A stretch of 64,000 nt of DNA from Sphagnum compactum (GCA_965153455.1 OZ234493.1:19086213-19150212); one strand, 5' to 3'; positions 50,556-64,000 are shown, numbered from the stretch's first letter. Made by a program: numbers and translations. The notes: generated by a model not told the origin, from the sequence alone.

Positions 50556-50745
50556 ATAAAGTTCATCCATGAGTGTTTGACTTCTCATCCAACAATTTGC
50601 TCATGATAAAGTTCATCCATGAGTGTTTAACTTCTCCTCCAACAATTTGCTCATGATAAAGTTCATCCATGAGTGCTTGACTTCTCATCCAACAATTTGC
50701 TCATGATAAAGTTTATCCATGAGCATCCACTTCTCATCCAACAAA
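50556..50745 (+). repeat. 50-bp minisatellite, nearly 4 copies
   Basis: ATAAAGTTCATCCATGAGTGTTTGACTTCTCATCCAACAATTTGCTCATG in tandem, downstream of the PLC stop codon. Confidence 0.92.
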
Positions 50746-51026
50746 ATTTGGACTAGTTTGTATGAATTTTGCATTTCCACTGAGATTTTTGTGTTTTCTC
50801 AATTGCTTCAATGGGGAAAAAAATGGGAGCTTCTTTGTGCATATTGAGCAATAAAAATCTCGAGTTACAACTGTAACTTTTGTTACAAAAAGCACTCTCT
50901 ACAATTTCCATATTATGTGTGGCACAAAAATCTACCATTATCAAAAAAGATTGATTACAACAAGTCTTGTTGTTGGTGGGAAGGGAAGATGATATAGTTT
51001 CCAGTCTTTGTTTGTTTTCCTCATCA

Positions 51027-54000
51027 TCATGAGGTTGTGGTGTTCAGTTGAAAATGAAGCAACATTCGCACACCTGCCAGTGGAAAGCCTTTTTTGTCCA
51101 ACAATTGGAGGCATCGGTACCCACTCTTCAGCTCAGAGATTGGGAGGCAAGACTGGCCTTCGAAGTCATCTTTCATGTATTTCTCTTCTTTGACTTCAAC
51201 GCGTATAAGTGCCAATTCTGGTACTGTCAAGGGGAACTCAAACTCTGTATCCCATGTCGGTGTCCAACTATCCTCCACAACCTTTGTTTTCTTCATAACA
51301 CTGTCAGCTGGAACTCCTGCAATCCCCATCTGCAACCAAACATTTCCACTCTTGGAGTTTTGTGATTTTTTCACTTCTCTTTCTGATGGTATCTCTGATG
51401 AGCAAACAATCTCCATCTACTTCTCAAAAGAATTGACTGCCGAACATCATCTCCATCAAACTCCATCTACTTCTCAAAAGAATTGACTGCCACACATCAT
51501 CTCCATCAAACTCCATTTACAACTCAAAAGATTTTTGACTAGTCCACATGTCTCCATCTTAACCCAATTGGAATCTCCACTTCTGACATGAACAAATGGG
51601 TGAAGAAACTTGGGACAAGTTAAATACCCGGATGTAAAAGTCTGGCGATGGGTGGTGTTTGCTGGATCGCTCCTTCCACCCAAGGCATGTTAGCACTTTT
51701 ACCTGAACCCCAAATTCCCCAAACACCATCAGTTGAAAGAGAAACAAAAGAAAAGAGTTTAGTAAAGCTTTTCTCTATTGTTGCTGAGATCAAAAAGTCC
51801 AAGCTCCAAATCCCCACCTGACACAAAAATCTTAGCCTTAAAAGAAAGGAATATTCATGAGATTGCAGAGGAAACTCCAGACAAAAACACTTTGAAGGTA
51901 ACAGAGTGTTCAGTTCCAATGAAACCTGCAGAAAAGAAAATAAGAAAAAAGAGTGCAAGTCGTTTGATTGAAGCTTTGCCTTGAATTTTCTACTTGAAGG
52001 CCCAGTGTAAAATTTACATCACCTTCAAGATTGTCTTCACTGGTCGTGGTTTCAGAGGATCAAAGACTTCACCATCTTTACCCATTTCAAGCAGGAAATC
52101 TGGTTTCTTGACATACCCACATCCTCCATTTGCTTTAAAGAAACCATGGAGTAGCCAAAGGTGCTTTCCATACCCCTGGAAAAACGCATCCACAAATTTG
52201 TGTCATAATAACATCTGAAAACCAATTTAGTAGACATAGAAGTGAGCTTCAAATTTTGCAAATATCTCACAGAAAAATCAAAATCCATCTGACACATTTG
52301 CATTGGAATGGAACCCAACATATAATAGTAAATTGCAATAATCATGATGCTCCATCTAGCAAGACTTACTGAAAAACAAAACAGTAGATGCTGTTTACCT
52401 GCATGTTGAGAGCCACCATTTGAGCTCCATGTGTCCAACCCAGAATTGGGCTGTAATTTGAGGAATCCACTCGCATGCCAGAAGGATAAACTCGAACAAC
52501 ATTCCTCTGTGTAAACCTGTCCGGTTTGGTAGTCAGAATTTTGAGTTCTTCTGTGCAAGTTCTTAAATCTCACACCTCACTAAGTACTTGGAAGTCTTGA
52601 GATTCAAAGCTACAATTTGTTCAAGTTCTGGCCATCCAAGTTCTTAAATCTCACACCTCACAAAGAGCCTGGAAGTCTTGAGATTCAAAGCTACAATTTG
52701 TTTGAGTTCTGCCATGCAAGTTCTTACGTCTCAAGTCTCACCAAGTACAAACTCAGAAGTCTTGAGATTCAAAGCTACAATTTAGTCAAGTTCTGCTTTG
52801 CAATTTCTTGAATCTTAAGTCTCATCAAGGAACTTTTGAGAATCAAAGCTACAATCTGTTCTGAGTTCTGCCATGCAATTTTCTGCAATGTTAAGGCTCA
52901 TTAAGTAACAAAGTTTTGAGATTCAAAGCTACAATCTGTTTGAGTTTTGCCATGTAATTTCCAAAATCCATCAAGTAAGGAGGTTTTGAGATTCAAAGCT
53001 ACAATATGTCTGTTACGGTTTTTATCCAGCAACTAGGATTACAGATTTTTTAGGGTTAAGGATTTTTGTGATTTCAGATTGTGGCACCATCTGAGTCAAG
53101 GTGCTTCAGCTCATCCTCTGTTAGAACAGCTTGGAGGATCATCTTTCCATGCCTACAACCTTTTGGTTCAAATTAGTTTGAGACAGATCAATAATCTAAC
53201 TAAGCTGAACTGATTGACTACAAGATTGATTCTGCAACAAGAGTTTGAATCAACTGTTCAAGAACATGGAAACATTGCAAATGCTGATCTAGAATCTAGA
53301 TACAGCGTGGTGTAGAAAAACCAATGAGGTCATATATCAAATTACAAAGTGGATCCGGGAAGGGTGTTCTCACTTGACAAGAAGTTCAGGAGATTCCTCA
53401 ACCACTTTCTCCAATTGTGGTTCACTAAGACTGATTCGCTTCACTGTTTTGCCAACCACGAACACTTCCTTGAATGACGAGCCTGACAGTTTCCCAGCTG
53501 GGATGCTGATTATGCCCGCATACTTGGGATGAAGAGTTTTGTCAGCTGCTTGATTTTCCCCTACTGATGCTGCTGCTCCATCAATGTCATGAGCCACATG
53601 CTCATGCTTTTCCTCAGGCACTGATGAAGATCCCTGAGAAAGTGAAAAGGTTCATGTGAACATTTTTTCTCAGGTTGATTAACAAACACTCTTGCCAAGA
53701 GAAAACAAAAAAGCACAAATACAAACTGCAACAATCTCTTGAGCACAGTCTTTACATTTGTAAGATTCTATGTTGCTCTCCAATTGCTCTCCTATACATT
53801 CTTCTTTCCAAGCATTATCCAAAAGATGTGTTGGAGCCCATTGTGTACCCATTCCATTTTTACCTTCTTCCCCATGTGAAGTTTGGAAACTTCTGCACTC
53901 AGAATATGGTGTTTCACTATGGCTTGTGTTTTCTCTTCATCCTCATCTTCCTTTGGTGGTTTGGTTGAGATAAGAATCTTCCCCTTCAATGTCTCTGGAG

Positions 54001-54504
54001 CTGGAAATTCCTCCAAATCTTCAAGTGCAGGAGCAGAAGGACAGAACAGCAGATTTGCCAAAACCCGCTCAATTATCTGCTTCCAAAGGAATCACACCCC
54101 CAAATCTTCTGGATCTCAGCCCCCCCCTGATTGCATTTCTACATCTCAATCTCTGGAATCCGAAACCCTAAATCCTACCTCAAGCACCCCATGAAAGCAT
54201 GACAGCCTGAAGGAAGGAAAACTGGGGGACTTGGGAGAGACAGGTAAGGGATGGTATGCATGTGCCATGATTTCACCTCCGCAGCTTTTCCTTGCAATTT
54301 TGTGGTAAGATGATCCTCAAGTGTGATCACAACTGGGTACTCTGATGCAGAGAATGCATTCTCCTTGATGGCCACAATACACTTCTCGAAGTCCACTGGA
54401 TCAGTCAAAGTCCTGTGACAACCTCAGAAAAACAATTGCAATTTGAGAGAGACCAACAGAGAGAGTGAGAGCATGTGTATCTGAGAGAGAGTCAGAGAGA
54501 CACT

Positions 54505-54549
<45 letters not shown>

Positions 54550-55314
54550 TTGGGGGCAGCAGGCTACATGTGTCAGGTGATGAGGTTGCAGTCAGATCAT
54601 GAGGCTAGATAAGAGGACATAATTGTGACAAAGAGCTGCAACCAACCTACTTGCCATGGAGGACTTCGATGTTTTCCTTGTCTGTAGTAGGCCACAAATC
54701 AAGCTCAATGACCCGGACTCCACGCCGCAGTGCATCAATGATGGGGACCACACTGCAGTCACTGTTGAGCTGATTCCCAGTGAGATACGAATTGTGACCA
54801 GTGTAGATGTAGTAGTGAGACACAGGTTGTGTCATGTCTTGATGAACCTGCAAAATACAACACCCAGAAATATCCCACCCCCCCATACAGAAAACACAAA
54901 TCTGATGAGAAAAGTTGCATAGAAATTTAACCAAAAACATTGATCCTGATTACCAAACCCTGCAACCAAAAGCTGGGACACAGCTTGAGCTCGCATTACA
55001 TCTGAGCACAATTAGGGAATGTGAGAGATCCAGGGTGCAAAGAAAAAGAGAATTACAGCAGTATAGAGGGCTGCATTCAGAGAAGCATTGCACAACAATT
55101 GGAAGAAATCATCAATCTTCAACTCTTGGTGCTGGTGCTGGTGCTGCTGATTCTGCTGCAGCAGTAACTGCTCTGCCTCCTGTAAAGTAGCCTTCAACTC
55201 CCCTTGTTCTTTGTGAAGAAACTCTAGCAGCTTGCTTGCATCCATTTTGCCATCCTCATGAGCATACCTACTGAACACTTCCTGGACTTCCTTTGGTATT
55301 GGTACTGGATCCAT
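51027..55314 (-). CDS. PLC: Phosphoinositide-specific phospholipase C (EF-hand-like, X, Y and C2 domains)
   Basis: Nine exons: 55314-55057, 54847-54651, 54412-54277, 54076-53864, 53633-53374, 52516-52399, 52175-52023, 51702-51628, 51329-51027. [77 protein letters not shown]2 [17 protein letters not shown]. Confidence 0.95.
52555..53005 (+). repeat. ~80-bp degenerate intronic tandem repeat, about 6 copies (PLC intron 5)
   Basis: GATTCAAAGCTACAAT-like core recurs near 52601, 52682, 52766, 52841, 52920 and 52990. Confidence 0.85.
54510..54544 (+). repeat. (GA)n microsatellite in PLC intron 2
   Basis: Seen directly. Confidence 0.95.
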
Positions 55315-56024
55315 GATGATTTACCACTGCAACAAAAACACAAAAGAGAAGTTCTTGCTACTCTGATCCAAATCCTCCTCCTAAAAATCTCTTACGTGTG
55401 TGGGTGTGTGTGTATGTGTGTGTGTCTCTCCCTCTCTCCTCTGGAGTGTCTCTACCAAACTGGGATTTGTGGGTCTTATCACTCTCCCTATTTCTCTGTG
55501 GAGTCAGTCTCTTTTTCTCACAAAACTTCTTACAAACTGTTTCTTGAACCAAAATCAAAACACATGACAATACCACCCACTAGAAAATTGCTGCCACACA
55601 AAACACACTAATAGAAAAGCTGTAAACTAAAAAAAACCTCATATCATGAGTTGCTTCTTGCTATTTTCTCATGTGCTCATGTGAAAGAAAAAGAGTGAAG
55701 AAAATTTTGGACTTTGTCTCCAGTACTTTTTCTACAATTAAAGCTTTTAGACCCCTCATGGACTTTAGACTTTACCCACCTACTTTGCAGCTTGATGTTT
55801 TGCCATCTGGAAAGCAAAGCAAATTACTTCTTATAGATATTCACAGGAAGGAAGCAGAGTCTTGCCAGATTTCTCAATGTGTTTTGGTTACAAGTGTCCT
55901 TGGATGTCATAACAGACTAGGATCCTGCAGCTTCCAAGGCCAACATCCAATGTTTCTTTTGTCGATTCAGCCAATGTAAGTTAATATTGAAAGATTTAAA
56001 CAAGTTTTGAACTTCATAACTTGT

Positions 56025-56380
56025 CTATAGCCAAATGTGATTGGGAATTTTCTTATGGATGATTACCATTTGAGCAACACCCATTAAATTTTCTTATGGA
56101 TGATTACCATTTGAGCAACACCCATGTGGATCTATAGCCAAATGTGATTCAATCTTCTTATATTTGATTAACATTTGAGCAACACTCCATGTGGATCTAA
56201 TAGCCAAATGTGATTAAATTTTCTTATGGATGATTTGAGCAACACCCATGTGGATCTATAGCCAAATGTGATTGAATCTTCTTATAGATTATTAACATTT
56301 GAGCAACACTCCATGTGGATCTAATAGCCAAATGTGATTAAATTTTCTTATGAATGATTACCATTTGAGCAACACCCATG
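56025..56380 (+). repeat. ~60-bp minisatellite, about 6 copies
   Basis: TATAGCCAAATGTGATT..TTCTTAT..GATT..TTTGAGCAACACCCATGTGGATC in tandem, with two alternating variants. Confidence 0.88.
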
Positions 56381-58763
56381 ATCCACAGCTAAGATTTAAC
56401 CAAAATTTGGCTACAGGCTAAATATGAAAATAAGAAAATTTAAACAGCCTTCTATAATTTTTTGGCTATCTATGTGAACAATGTGTGAAAAAAATCTGGC
56501 AATTGCTCTGCATCTTCTAGGAGCTATGAAAGCATTTGCCAGATGAAAAGCAATTAAGCTATTAAGCTATGAAATTATTTTTGGGTCAAATTCTGGCTAC
56601 TTAAAATCTGAAAAAAGCCCTTGATTATAGCTTTTTGGCTATAGATAACAAGCTAAGAAAAGGCTGCTCTATATTTAGTAGCTTTATTTGATCACCAGCA
56701 CTGAGCAGGGACCCACATCGTCTATCACCGACAATTGTGTTATGATGATGATGATCTTCGTTTCAGCCTTTGTTTTTTTATTGGCGAAATTTCGCCTCTT
56801 TTTTGGCGAAATTCCAAAATTCGAAAATCAGTTGATTTTGAAGTTTTTCAATCGCCAGACGTGAGGGAAAAAAAATTAGTACAAATTGGCAGCAGATTTC
56901 TACACTTGGGTTCTTAATGTGTGGCCAAAATATAGAAAGATGATAAAGGATTTTGTATTTCATATTTGGTTTATAGCCAGAATTTGGCTAAATATATTAC
57001 TAGAGACGATTGTCACTTTTAATACATCTTGCTATGGATGATAGCCACTTTGGCTATAAACAAAAATTCTTTTTAAAAAACAACTACTTCTTCTTTTGCA
57101 TAAGATTCTAGATACTGGATTGGAATCTTGGATTGATGGTGTCTTCTGAGAGGTCATCATGTTCTGTGTGTATTGTCTTTTTTCTTTTTGGAATTTTGGA
57201 ATTTTTTAATGTAGCCTAAGTGTTGGTCATCCATAGCAAGATGTTAAAAAAAAATTCTCTCAATCATCCCTAGGAAGATTTAGCCAAATCTGGCTATGAA
57301 CCAAATATGAAGTACAAATCTTGAATGAACCTTCTATATACTTATGGCAACACACTGAAAACCAAATATAGAAATCTCAATATTTTTCCTATATGTTTTT
57401 CTCTCTTTTGGGAATTGAAACAATAAATAAATAAATAAATTATTGAAACCAGTGTTGTACTGGTATCATCTTTTAGATGTACTAGTCTGGCACAAGTAAT
57501 GCAGAGTTCAGAAATTTTAAGGGACAGAATGGTATGAGTAATATATATATATATATATATAATGAATAGCCCAGACTATTCTATATATATTCCAGGAAAT
57601 GCCAATATTCATTTGAATTTGAATTTTAAAAATGATATATCCACTAGTATGCAATAATTGGATAGTTCAAGTATGTAGCAGGTTTTTTTTTCACATTTAA
57701 CATGAAACATCCAACATAGCCAACAATATTGAAAATTTTGAGTTTCAATAAAAATATTTGTAATAAAGTTAAGGAAACACAACATCATTATCTTGAGTTT
57801 GATCATGAAGGTGGGTGAATTTTTTTTTAAATAGTTCAAAAAACACGTTGCATTAAATGAGGAATGAAACTCAAATTATCACAAAATTTAATGTAATTTG
57901 AGTTTCATCTTGTTTTTTCTCTTTTTTTGGAGCACATTCATTACTCTTATGCTTATTAGTACGATAATTATTTCAAATCTTGTGCATTAAATTTTATGGT
58001 ATTGAGTTTCAAGCATGATTTAGTAAAATTTCTTCATTTTGCAACTAGCAAGGTTTGAAGTTGAAATAAGGGGTAGGGGGTGAAAGGAGGGCCCAAAGGA
58101 AAGGTCACTTTATGGACTTTTTTAATATGCTCAATGTTTTTATTGCTTGCACATCCAACAAAAAGGCAAAGAGATGCACCAATTTTTTGCCTCAAATGCA
58201 AGTGGCAACAAAAAAAACAAGAAATTGAAATTTTACATAGTTGTCCAATGTCAACTCAAAAAATATTGTACAAAACAAATGAATCATAAAGATTCAATAT
58301 CTAACTTCTAGAATTGTGGTTGTGGGAGTTGCACATCAACAATGAAGATCTAAAATATAGTTTGTAGAGTACATAATGGTGACAAAAGTATCATTAGAGA
58401 CAAAAAAATGTTGAAATTGTAGATTTCTTTGATACCACTTAGAAAAATTATCCCTAGAAATGAATCAACATGAATCATAAAAATTCATAACCTAACTTAC
58501 ATTATTGAAATCCCATGGATTATGTGAATTTTATATCACAATAAACATCCAAGATAATAGTATGTTGCTACAAGTTCCAATTTGTTTGCCTTACATTGCC
58601 ATGCTTTTCTTTCTTCAAAAGTAGCACTAGATTATTACACATAAATCCTTAGAAAACCATTGTTTTGAAGTTCATCTTTGTGCTCTTTTAGGATTGCATT
58701 TTCAGGTATGAAAAAATCATCAACACCTTTGTTTGTTAAACTATAATCATACATAACATAAGA

Positions 58764-58952
58764 TGGTTAATCCTTTTGTATCATGATTAATTTGTCAAGA
58801 TTCTCCACACAAATTCAACATTGCGTCAAGCTTATTATCACACCATAAATGTAAAAAATACACCCTTTCTGAATTGGTGACCTAAGAATGCCCAAGACTT
58901 GTCAAGTTAAATATCGAACATTTGGAAATTTGTTTACATGTTTCTTCCACCA
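58764..58952 (-). mobile_element. hAT transposase C-terminal dimerization-domain relic
   Basis: WWKKHVNKFPNVRYLT*QVLGILRSPIQKGCIFYIYGVIISLTQC*ICVENLDKLIMIQKD*P matches the hAT WW..FP....A..IL.IP.S....ER.FS pattern, with stops. Confidence 0.7.
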
Positions 58953-60377
58953 CAATAAAAGAAACATTATTTCCTCTATGGAAATGGTTGATCATCATCT
59001 TTATTACCCCCATTTAACCTTACCCACTAGTTTCAGAAACATTTGTTGAAAATCTCAATACGTATTTTTAAGGTAATCTTGTTTTTTTCTATTGTTGCCA
59101 AAAGACTAACTAGATCATGAAAGAGAGACCAATATGGCTCATATGGTGGAAATGTTTGGCAAATTTGTTAAGTTATTTCATAAGAGCAATTCTGTCTCAA
59201 TGGCATGTTGGACCTTATTGGCAAACAAGAATTCATGAAGGCACATGCAAACAAGAAATGTAGCAAATGAGTCTCAGTGTGCATCAAAATGGATGAAAAA
59301 TAATTCTTCCTTTCATTCATATCAAAAATATAAATAATTTTATAATCTCAATTGAAAATATTGAAAAATGATATTTAATATGCCAAAGTAAATTTAGAAA
59401 AAATAATTCAGCGTTGAGGTGCCAAATCCATTTGGGTGCTACAATATCTATTTTTATTTGGATAGGTATTGTTTTTTGTAATTACCTTCAAGTGTGAGAA
59501 GCAATTAAACTTTTTCTTTTTCTTTGGGTTTATTTTTTGGGGTCTTTTCTTGGCTTTCAAATAGCTTGTGACAATTGCAAACATTCGGTGTCCATGATCA
59601 TATGCATGAGCTTTGTTTTGTTGTTGTAATCATGTGGTGAACAAATAAAGGGGATCAGCTCCAACTATCATAAAGCACTAAGATTGTCAAAAATTAAAAG
59701 GTGACACTAATTCCATGAAGTTCATGAAGTTCATGATAACCTTTGTTGGCCTTGCTTACCAAGGCAAGGATATCGTGTTTAGATTCATTATAGAGTATAA
59801 TAGTAACTTAAGGGAGTTTGGCCCCTACGGGAATAGAGTTCTATTTTTACATTAGGATTTTTGAAAGATGATACCTATTTTGGCTTGTGTTGAAACTTGA
59901 GATTAGTTATAGAGTTGTAATAATATCTTGGGAAGGATTTTGGTTGTTTTTAGAGGATTGTTTTCGAAGATTATATTTTTGCTATGGTGAAATATTTGAG
60001 TTTTCATCATAATTCTTCTTTTGCCTTAAGATACTTCGCAATGTAAATGGCAAGGCCACAGTATGACACACCCCCTTGTTATGCTTAGGAAGAGCAAAGT
60101 TGAGGGGGAATGGACATTCCTCAAAAAACAAATTAGCCATACGTGTCTGTCACTCTCCATTCTGGGTACTTTCTTTTGAGAACGTCCCCGACCTTCTTGG
60201 GCCTTCTTCTTTATCCTACATTTGATTCTGGATGAACCTGAGCTGTATAAAGTAGCTTTGAAGTTGCTGCATGGACGGTCGAGCCTTTTCTTGTGTCTTT
60301 TCTGATCTTGCCACCCGGAATCTGGTGCCCCATGGATCCATCCATTATTGGCCCGTGGAGTTGTTTGAAGTTTGAAC

Positions 60378-60702
60378 CAGCCTTTTTCGTTTACTGCAGA
60401 AAAAATTATCCAGAAAGCCAAATTAAAACACCAATTTTTTTGAAATTGCAGTGCTTTTGGAGGGTTTCAATCGTCAGAAGTGAGAACAACGAGTTAAAGT
60501 CGCTAGATTTCATATTTCGATTTTCAATGTGTAAACATAAATACAAGAAGTTGATTAAAGTTTGTAATTCATTATCTGGTTTATAGCCAGATTTAGCTAA
60601 ATCACCCATTTTTAGCTATGATCACTATTTTTTCTACATCTTTGAATTAATGATCGCCACTTTAAGCTTACATCAAAAACATATTCCTACAAGAATTCCC
60701 TG
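60378..60702. mobile_element. MITE-like element (CAG..CTG termini) with 4-bp TSD GAAC
   Basis: GAAC|CAGCCTTTTT...AATTCCCTG|GAAC. Internal GGTTTATAGCCAGATTTAGCTAAAT..ATGATCGCCACTTT motif shared with other copies in the window. Confidence 0.65.
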
Positions 60703-60818
60703 GAACTTGTTTCGCCAAGTTTTCCAGGAATGTGCGAGTCCCAGCTTCCATATTATATCCAAAAAATGAGTGTAAAGGTGAATTGCGACTGAAACTAGCT
60801 GTATAAATCCCGTTTTCA

Positions 60819-60954
60819 CCAGTCTTCTGGAGATCGATCCACTCTCTTTCAGCCTTCACCAGCTCATCGACTCCAGTCTACTGCAGATCGATCCACTCTC
60901 TTTCAGTCTTCACCAGCTCATCGACTCCAGTCTTCTGGAGATCGATCCACTCTC
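60819..60954 (+). repeat. 54-bp tandem repeat, about 2.5 copies
   Basis: CCAGTCTTCTGGAGATCGATCCACTCTCTTTCAGCCTTCACCAGCTCATCGACT units start at 60819, 60873 and 60927. Confidence 0.9.
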
Positions 60955-62424
60955 GACAAGTGGGACACACGTAGGGAGGGGGGAGAATTTTGGCAGTAGC
61001 TTGGATTAGAACAATAATATATGAAAAAATGCATTTCTAGGATTTAACAAATCTGTCAGTGTAGCAACAATAATTATTAAAGTCAACACAGGATTTTATC
61101 CAACACCATCACGAAAAAGAAAGACGATGAAGAATCACCACGCACGCACGCATCTCGCGGCGCTCTTATTATATCTGCAGGCTACTTTGTCAGCTTGTAA
61201 ATATATATTATTATTGATCTTTGTTGTCTAGGAATTCTAATTACTATTTTTTTGGGCTGGCTATGAATAGCCAAAAGATCACATTAAAAATTTTAAAAAT
61301 GCTAAAACAAAGTTGCTTTTTGAGATTTTTCAATAGATAGCATTCAACTCAAATTTAAGAAAAATTGTCAGATTTCTATACTTGGTCAAGTTTGTAGCCA
61401 AAAATATAGAAGAATATTATTTAACAGTTCTACTTTCCTATTCAGCTTGTAGCCAGATTTATTTAGAAATTCTAGGGTCCAGGAAGCCTTTGTGACGGAG
61501 GAAGGCATTTATTGATATAATTGCTTGTTTAGAAACACTATAATTTCTTAGGATAGGTCGGTGATCAAGACTTTTTCACATTGTAAGGAAAAAAGCCCTC
61601 TCCATATTTTGAGCTAACTATTTAGCTTGTAAACACAATTGTAAAACAAGTTTTGTCATGTTTTTTTCATGTTTATGTTTGTATCTAGCATGCTTTCATT
61701 CTTAAGTAAAATATTGTGATTCTACAGAATTCAGATTGTTTTTCAACAAGGCTTTGTCTTGATATTTCAAAACCCAAAATTTGTTGTGTTAAAAGAAGAA
61801 GTATATAAATGGCTTGATATTTCATGTGGATGAAATTATGTCAATGAGGTGTTCATTATTGATATAATTACCTACATAATCGTATATTTCATGTGTGTTA
61901 CGTTGTGCGTTCCTATGTTGATGCTTATAACAATTATTATTAATACATATTCAGAAATATCTTGAATGATACAACACATTCAAACTGAAATATGATTTTT
62001 TGTAATTATATAACAATTTAAGCTTCGAAAATATAACATAAATCACATAAACTAAATGTTTTTTTTTTTTGCATAAAATATAAAAAACTGACAATAACAA
62101 AACATGTGTGTGTTTTGAAATTTTAAATGATTTTGGATGATTTAAAATCACAAAACTTGGCATTATGTTTCATACATTAAACATTTTAAATCTTGTTCAC
62201 ATTGAAATCAATTTCAACCTAATTTAACTCAAATAACTAAAATATAAATATGTAACCCAAAAAAAACTCTTGGCAATTACATGATGTGTATGAATGCTAA
62301 ACTTAAGTCATTAGATATCCCAATTGAATAACATTAGTGTTGTTACATGGTTTCAATTTGATTTTTCTGTTAATTTCCAATTCCAAGACCTTCAAAGAAT
62401 TAATAATGGATCCAAGGGTAATAA

Positions 62425-63338
62425 TGTCGTAACCCTAGCCTTGGGCTCACGACCAAAGCAAAGGTTTGCAAAGGCGTGGGTCAAGAGTGAAGCTTGGGAG
62501 TCACATTTCATGTTCCCAGGAGTGTAGGAAAGTGTGAGGGAATGAACCTTCACACTTCCAAATGAGCTCCCATTTTGCGAGTTGGAGTCCCGGTGGACTT
62601 TCGAATTTTTAGAGAACGATTACAAGGGTAAAAAATCATTGGATTGAAAAGTTTTTTACACCATTGAAAATCTCTTGGAACGTAGATGTCTAAAGTGCAT
62701 TCCATGACCCATTTGGGTGCTTAAAACACAAGTTATGGCCAAAAGAAGGGCCGGGAGTCAAACTGCCAATTTGACTCTCGAATTAAAAGTCGAGAATTGC
62801 TTTGATTTATTTGCATACAGGTGGTGTGCCACATATCGTTGGAAAGCTCTCGACAAGGGTTACAATGTTGCTTTAGAACTCACATTAATCGGAGGTCTGC
62901 ACAAAGAGTTATGGGCCTTCAAAGTTGTAGGAGTCTCAATTTCGAGAATTTCGGGATTCTAACTTGGGAGTCGTAGGACAAAATGACATTTTGATGCTGG
63001 CCCCATAGCCAAACACAGAGAAACTATAAAGGGAAAGGTGGTGGCTTCCCCCAAGTCCAGGTCATGGTGAGTCTTGTGAGTCTGTGTTTGCCCGTGGCTC
63101 ATCCGTGCACCAAAAATGTTCCAACTATGCACTAATCGATTTGTTGCTTGGTTTGTGCAAGTCTGTGTGAATAATTGACCCGTTTGTCATTCTTCCTAAT
63201 CCCCATCCCAGAACTCTAGCATGCCCTTCTACCTTCGAAGTGCTGCAAGTCATGGAACGTACCCTAATTTTTTATCTTTCCGTTGTTTTCACATTTGGAT
63301 TCGTAGTTGAATCTACTAAAGAACTTGGGGGTGCGTCA
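62425..63338. mobile_element. Solo LTR (914 bp)
   Basis: TG..CA termini with short inverted ends (TGTCGTAACCC / GGGGGTGCGTCA); 5-bp TSD AATAA/AATCA with one mismatch; no recognisable gag/pol sequence. Confidence 0.75.
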
Positions 63339-64000
63339 AATCATCTTCAAAGCTTTAAGGGATTCAATTTCCAAGTTGTCAATTTTTAAAAAAAACTCAA
63401 TTATAAAAAAATATTTAAACAAAATTTTATTTAATTTTAATGACGAAAATAATTCTAAATCCAATAACTTTTGCTTTGTCATTTCAAAATTGCAAATCAT
63501 TTAATGTGCACATCATCATGCCTTGTCAAAATTTTTGTGATAGTATGAAAAATGCAACAAATAGCCCCAGAGTTTGGGACAATTAAAATGTGATCACAAA
63601 ACAAAACAAATAAAATAAAACAAAGACTAATCTTAACACAATAACCTTTCTTTATAATCATTTTCATTTTAGTCACAATCTCATTTGTGTCACCTATTAT
63701 TTTGGTAACCATCCCTTTTAGTAAGAAACACCATCTTTTAGAGTCACTTTGACATTCATTAATAACACAAAATATTTACAATTAAAAAAAAAACTATAAT
63801 GGGAGAAATTTAAAACAAATATTAGGGTTTATTAAATTATAGTTTCCTTGGGCATTGTTAGTGTTGTTATGTGTTAAGTTGTGCAAACTAACAACAATGA
63901 ATCCAATTGAAGAATTTTTAAATTTTTTTAAATTTTTTTAAAAATACAAATAAACAAAGAATGTGTGAACTTGTCAAGAAAACAAAAAATCTAGTTAACA

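Overview
Eukaryotic plant nuclear DNA: AT-rich, intron-containing genes, decayed transposons between them. An alpha/beta-hydrolase-NB-ARC-LRR (HNL) gene and the repeat landscape suggest a bryophyte, probably Sphagnum (inference). Intact-looking genes: a secreted S-protein-homolog (SPH, 7854-8285 +), a fibrillin-8-like gene (30098-33758 -), CCR4-NOT subunit NOT3 (41472-48478 +) and a PI-specific phospholipase C (51027-55314 -). Most notable: (1) an HNL immune-receptor locus (21464-28460) with a SERAC1-like hydrolase and ~29 near-identical 72-bp LRR units; their variable beta-strand cassettes recur non-adjacently as if shuffled, and the gene has a broken splice donor and a stop just after the MHD-type motif; (2) two head-to-tail fused non-autonomous Helitrons (12697-16205), the second carrying captured gene pieces (a glycolate-oxidase exon with its splice sites, a J-domain, two unidentified coding-like pieces). 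Also nested CACTA-like elements, an RLE-type non-LTR relic, hAT relics, a solo LTR, a dispersed MITE-like family and several minisatellites. Exon coordinates were read by eye; no database search was run.
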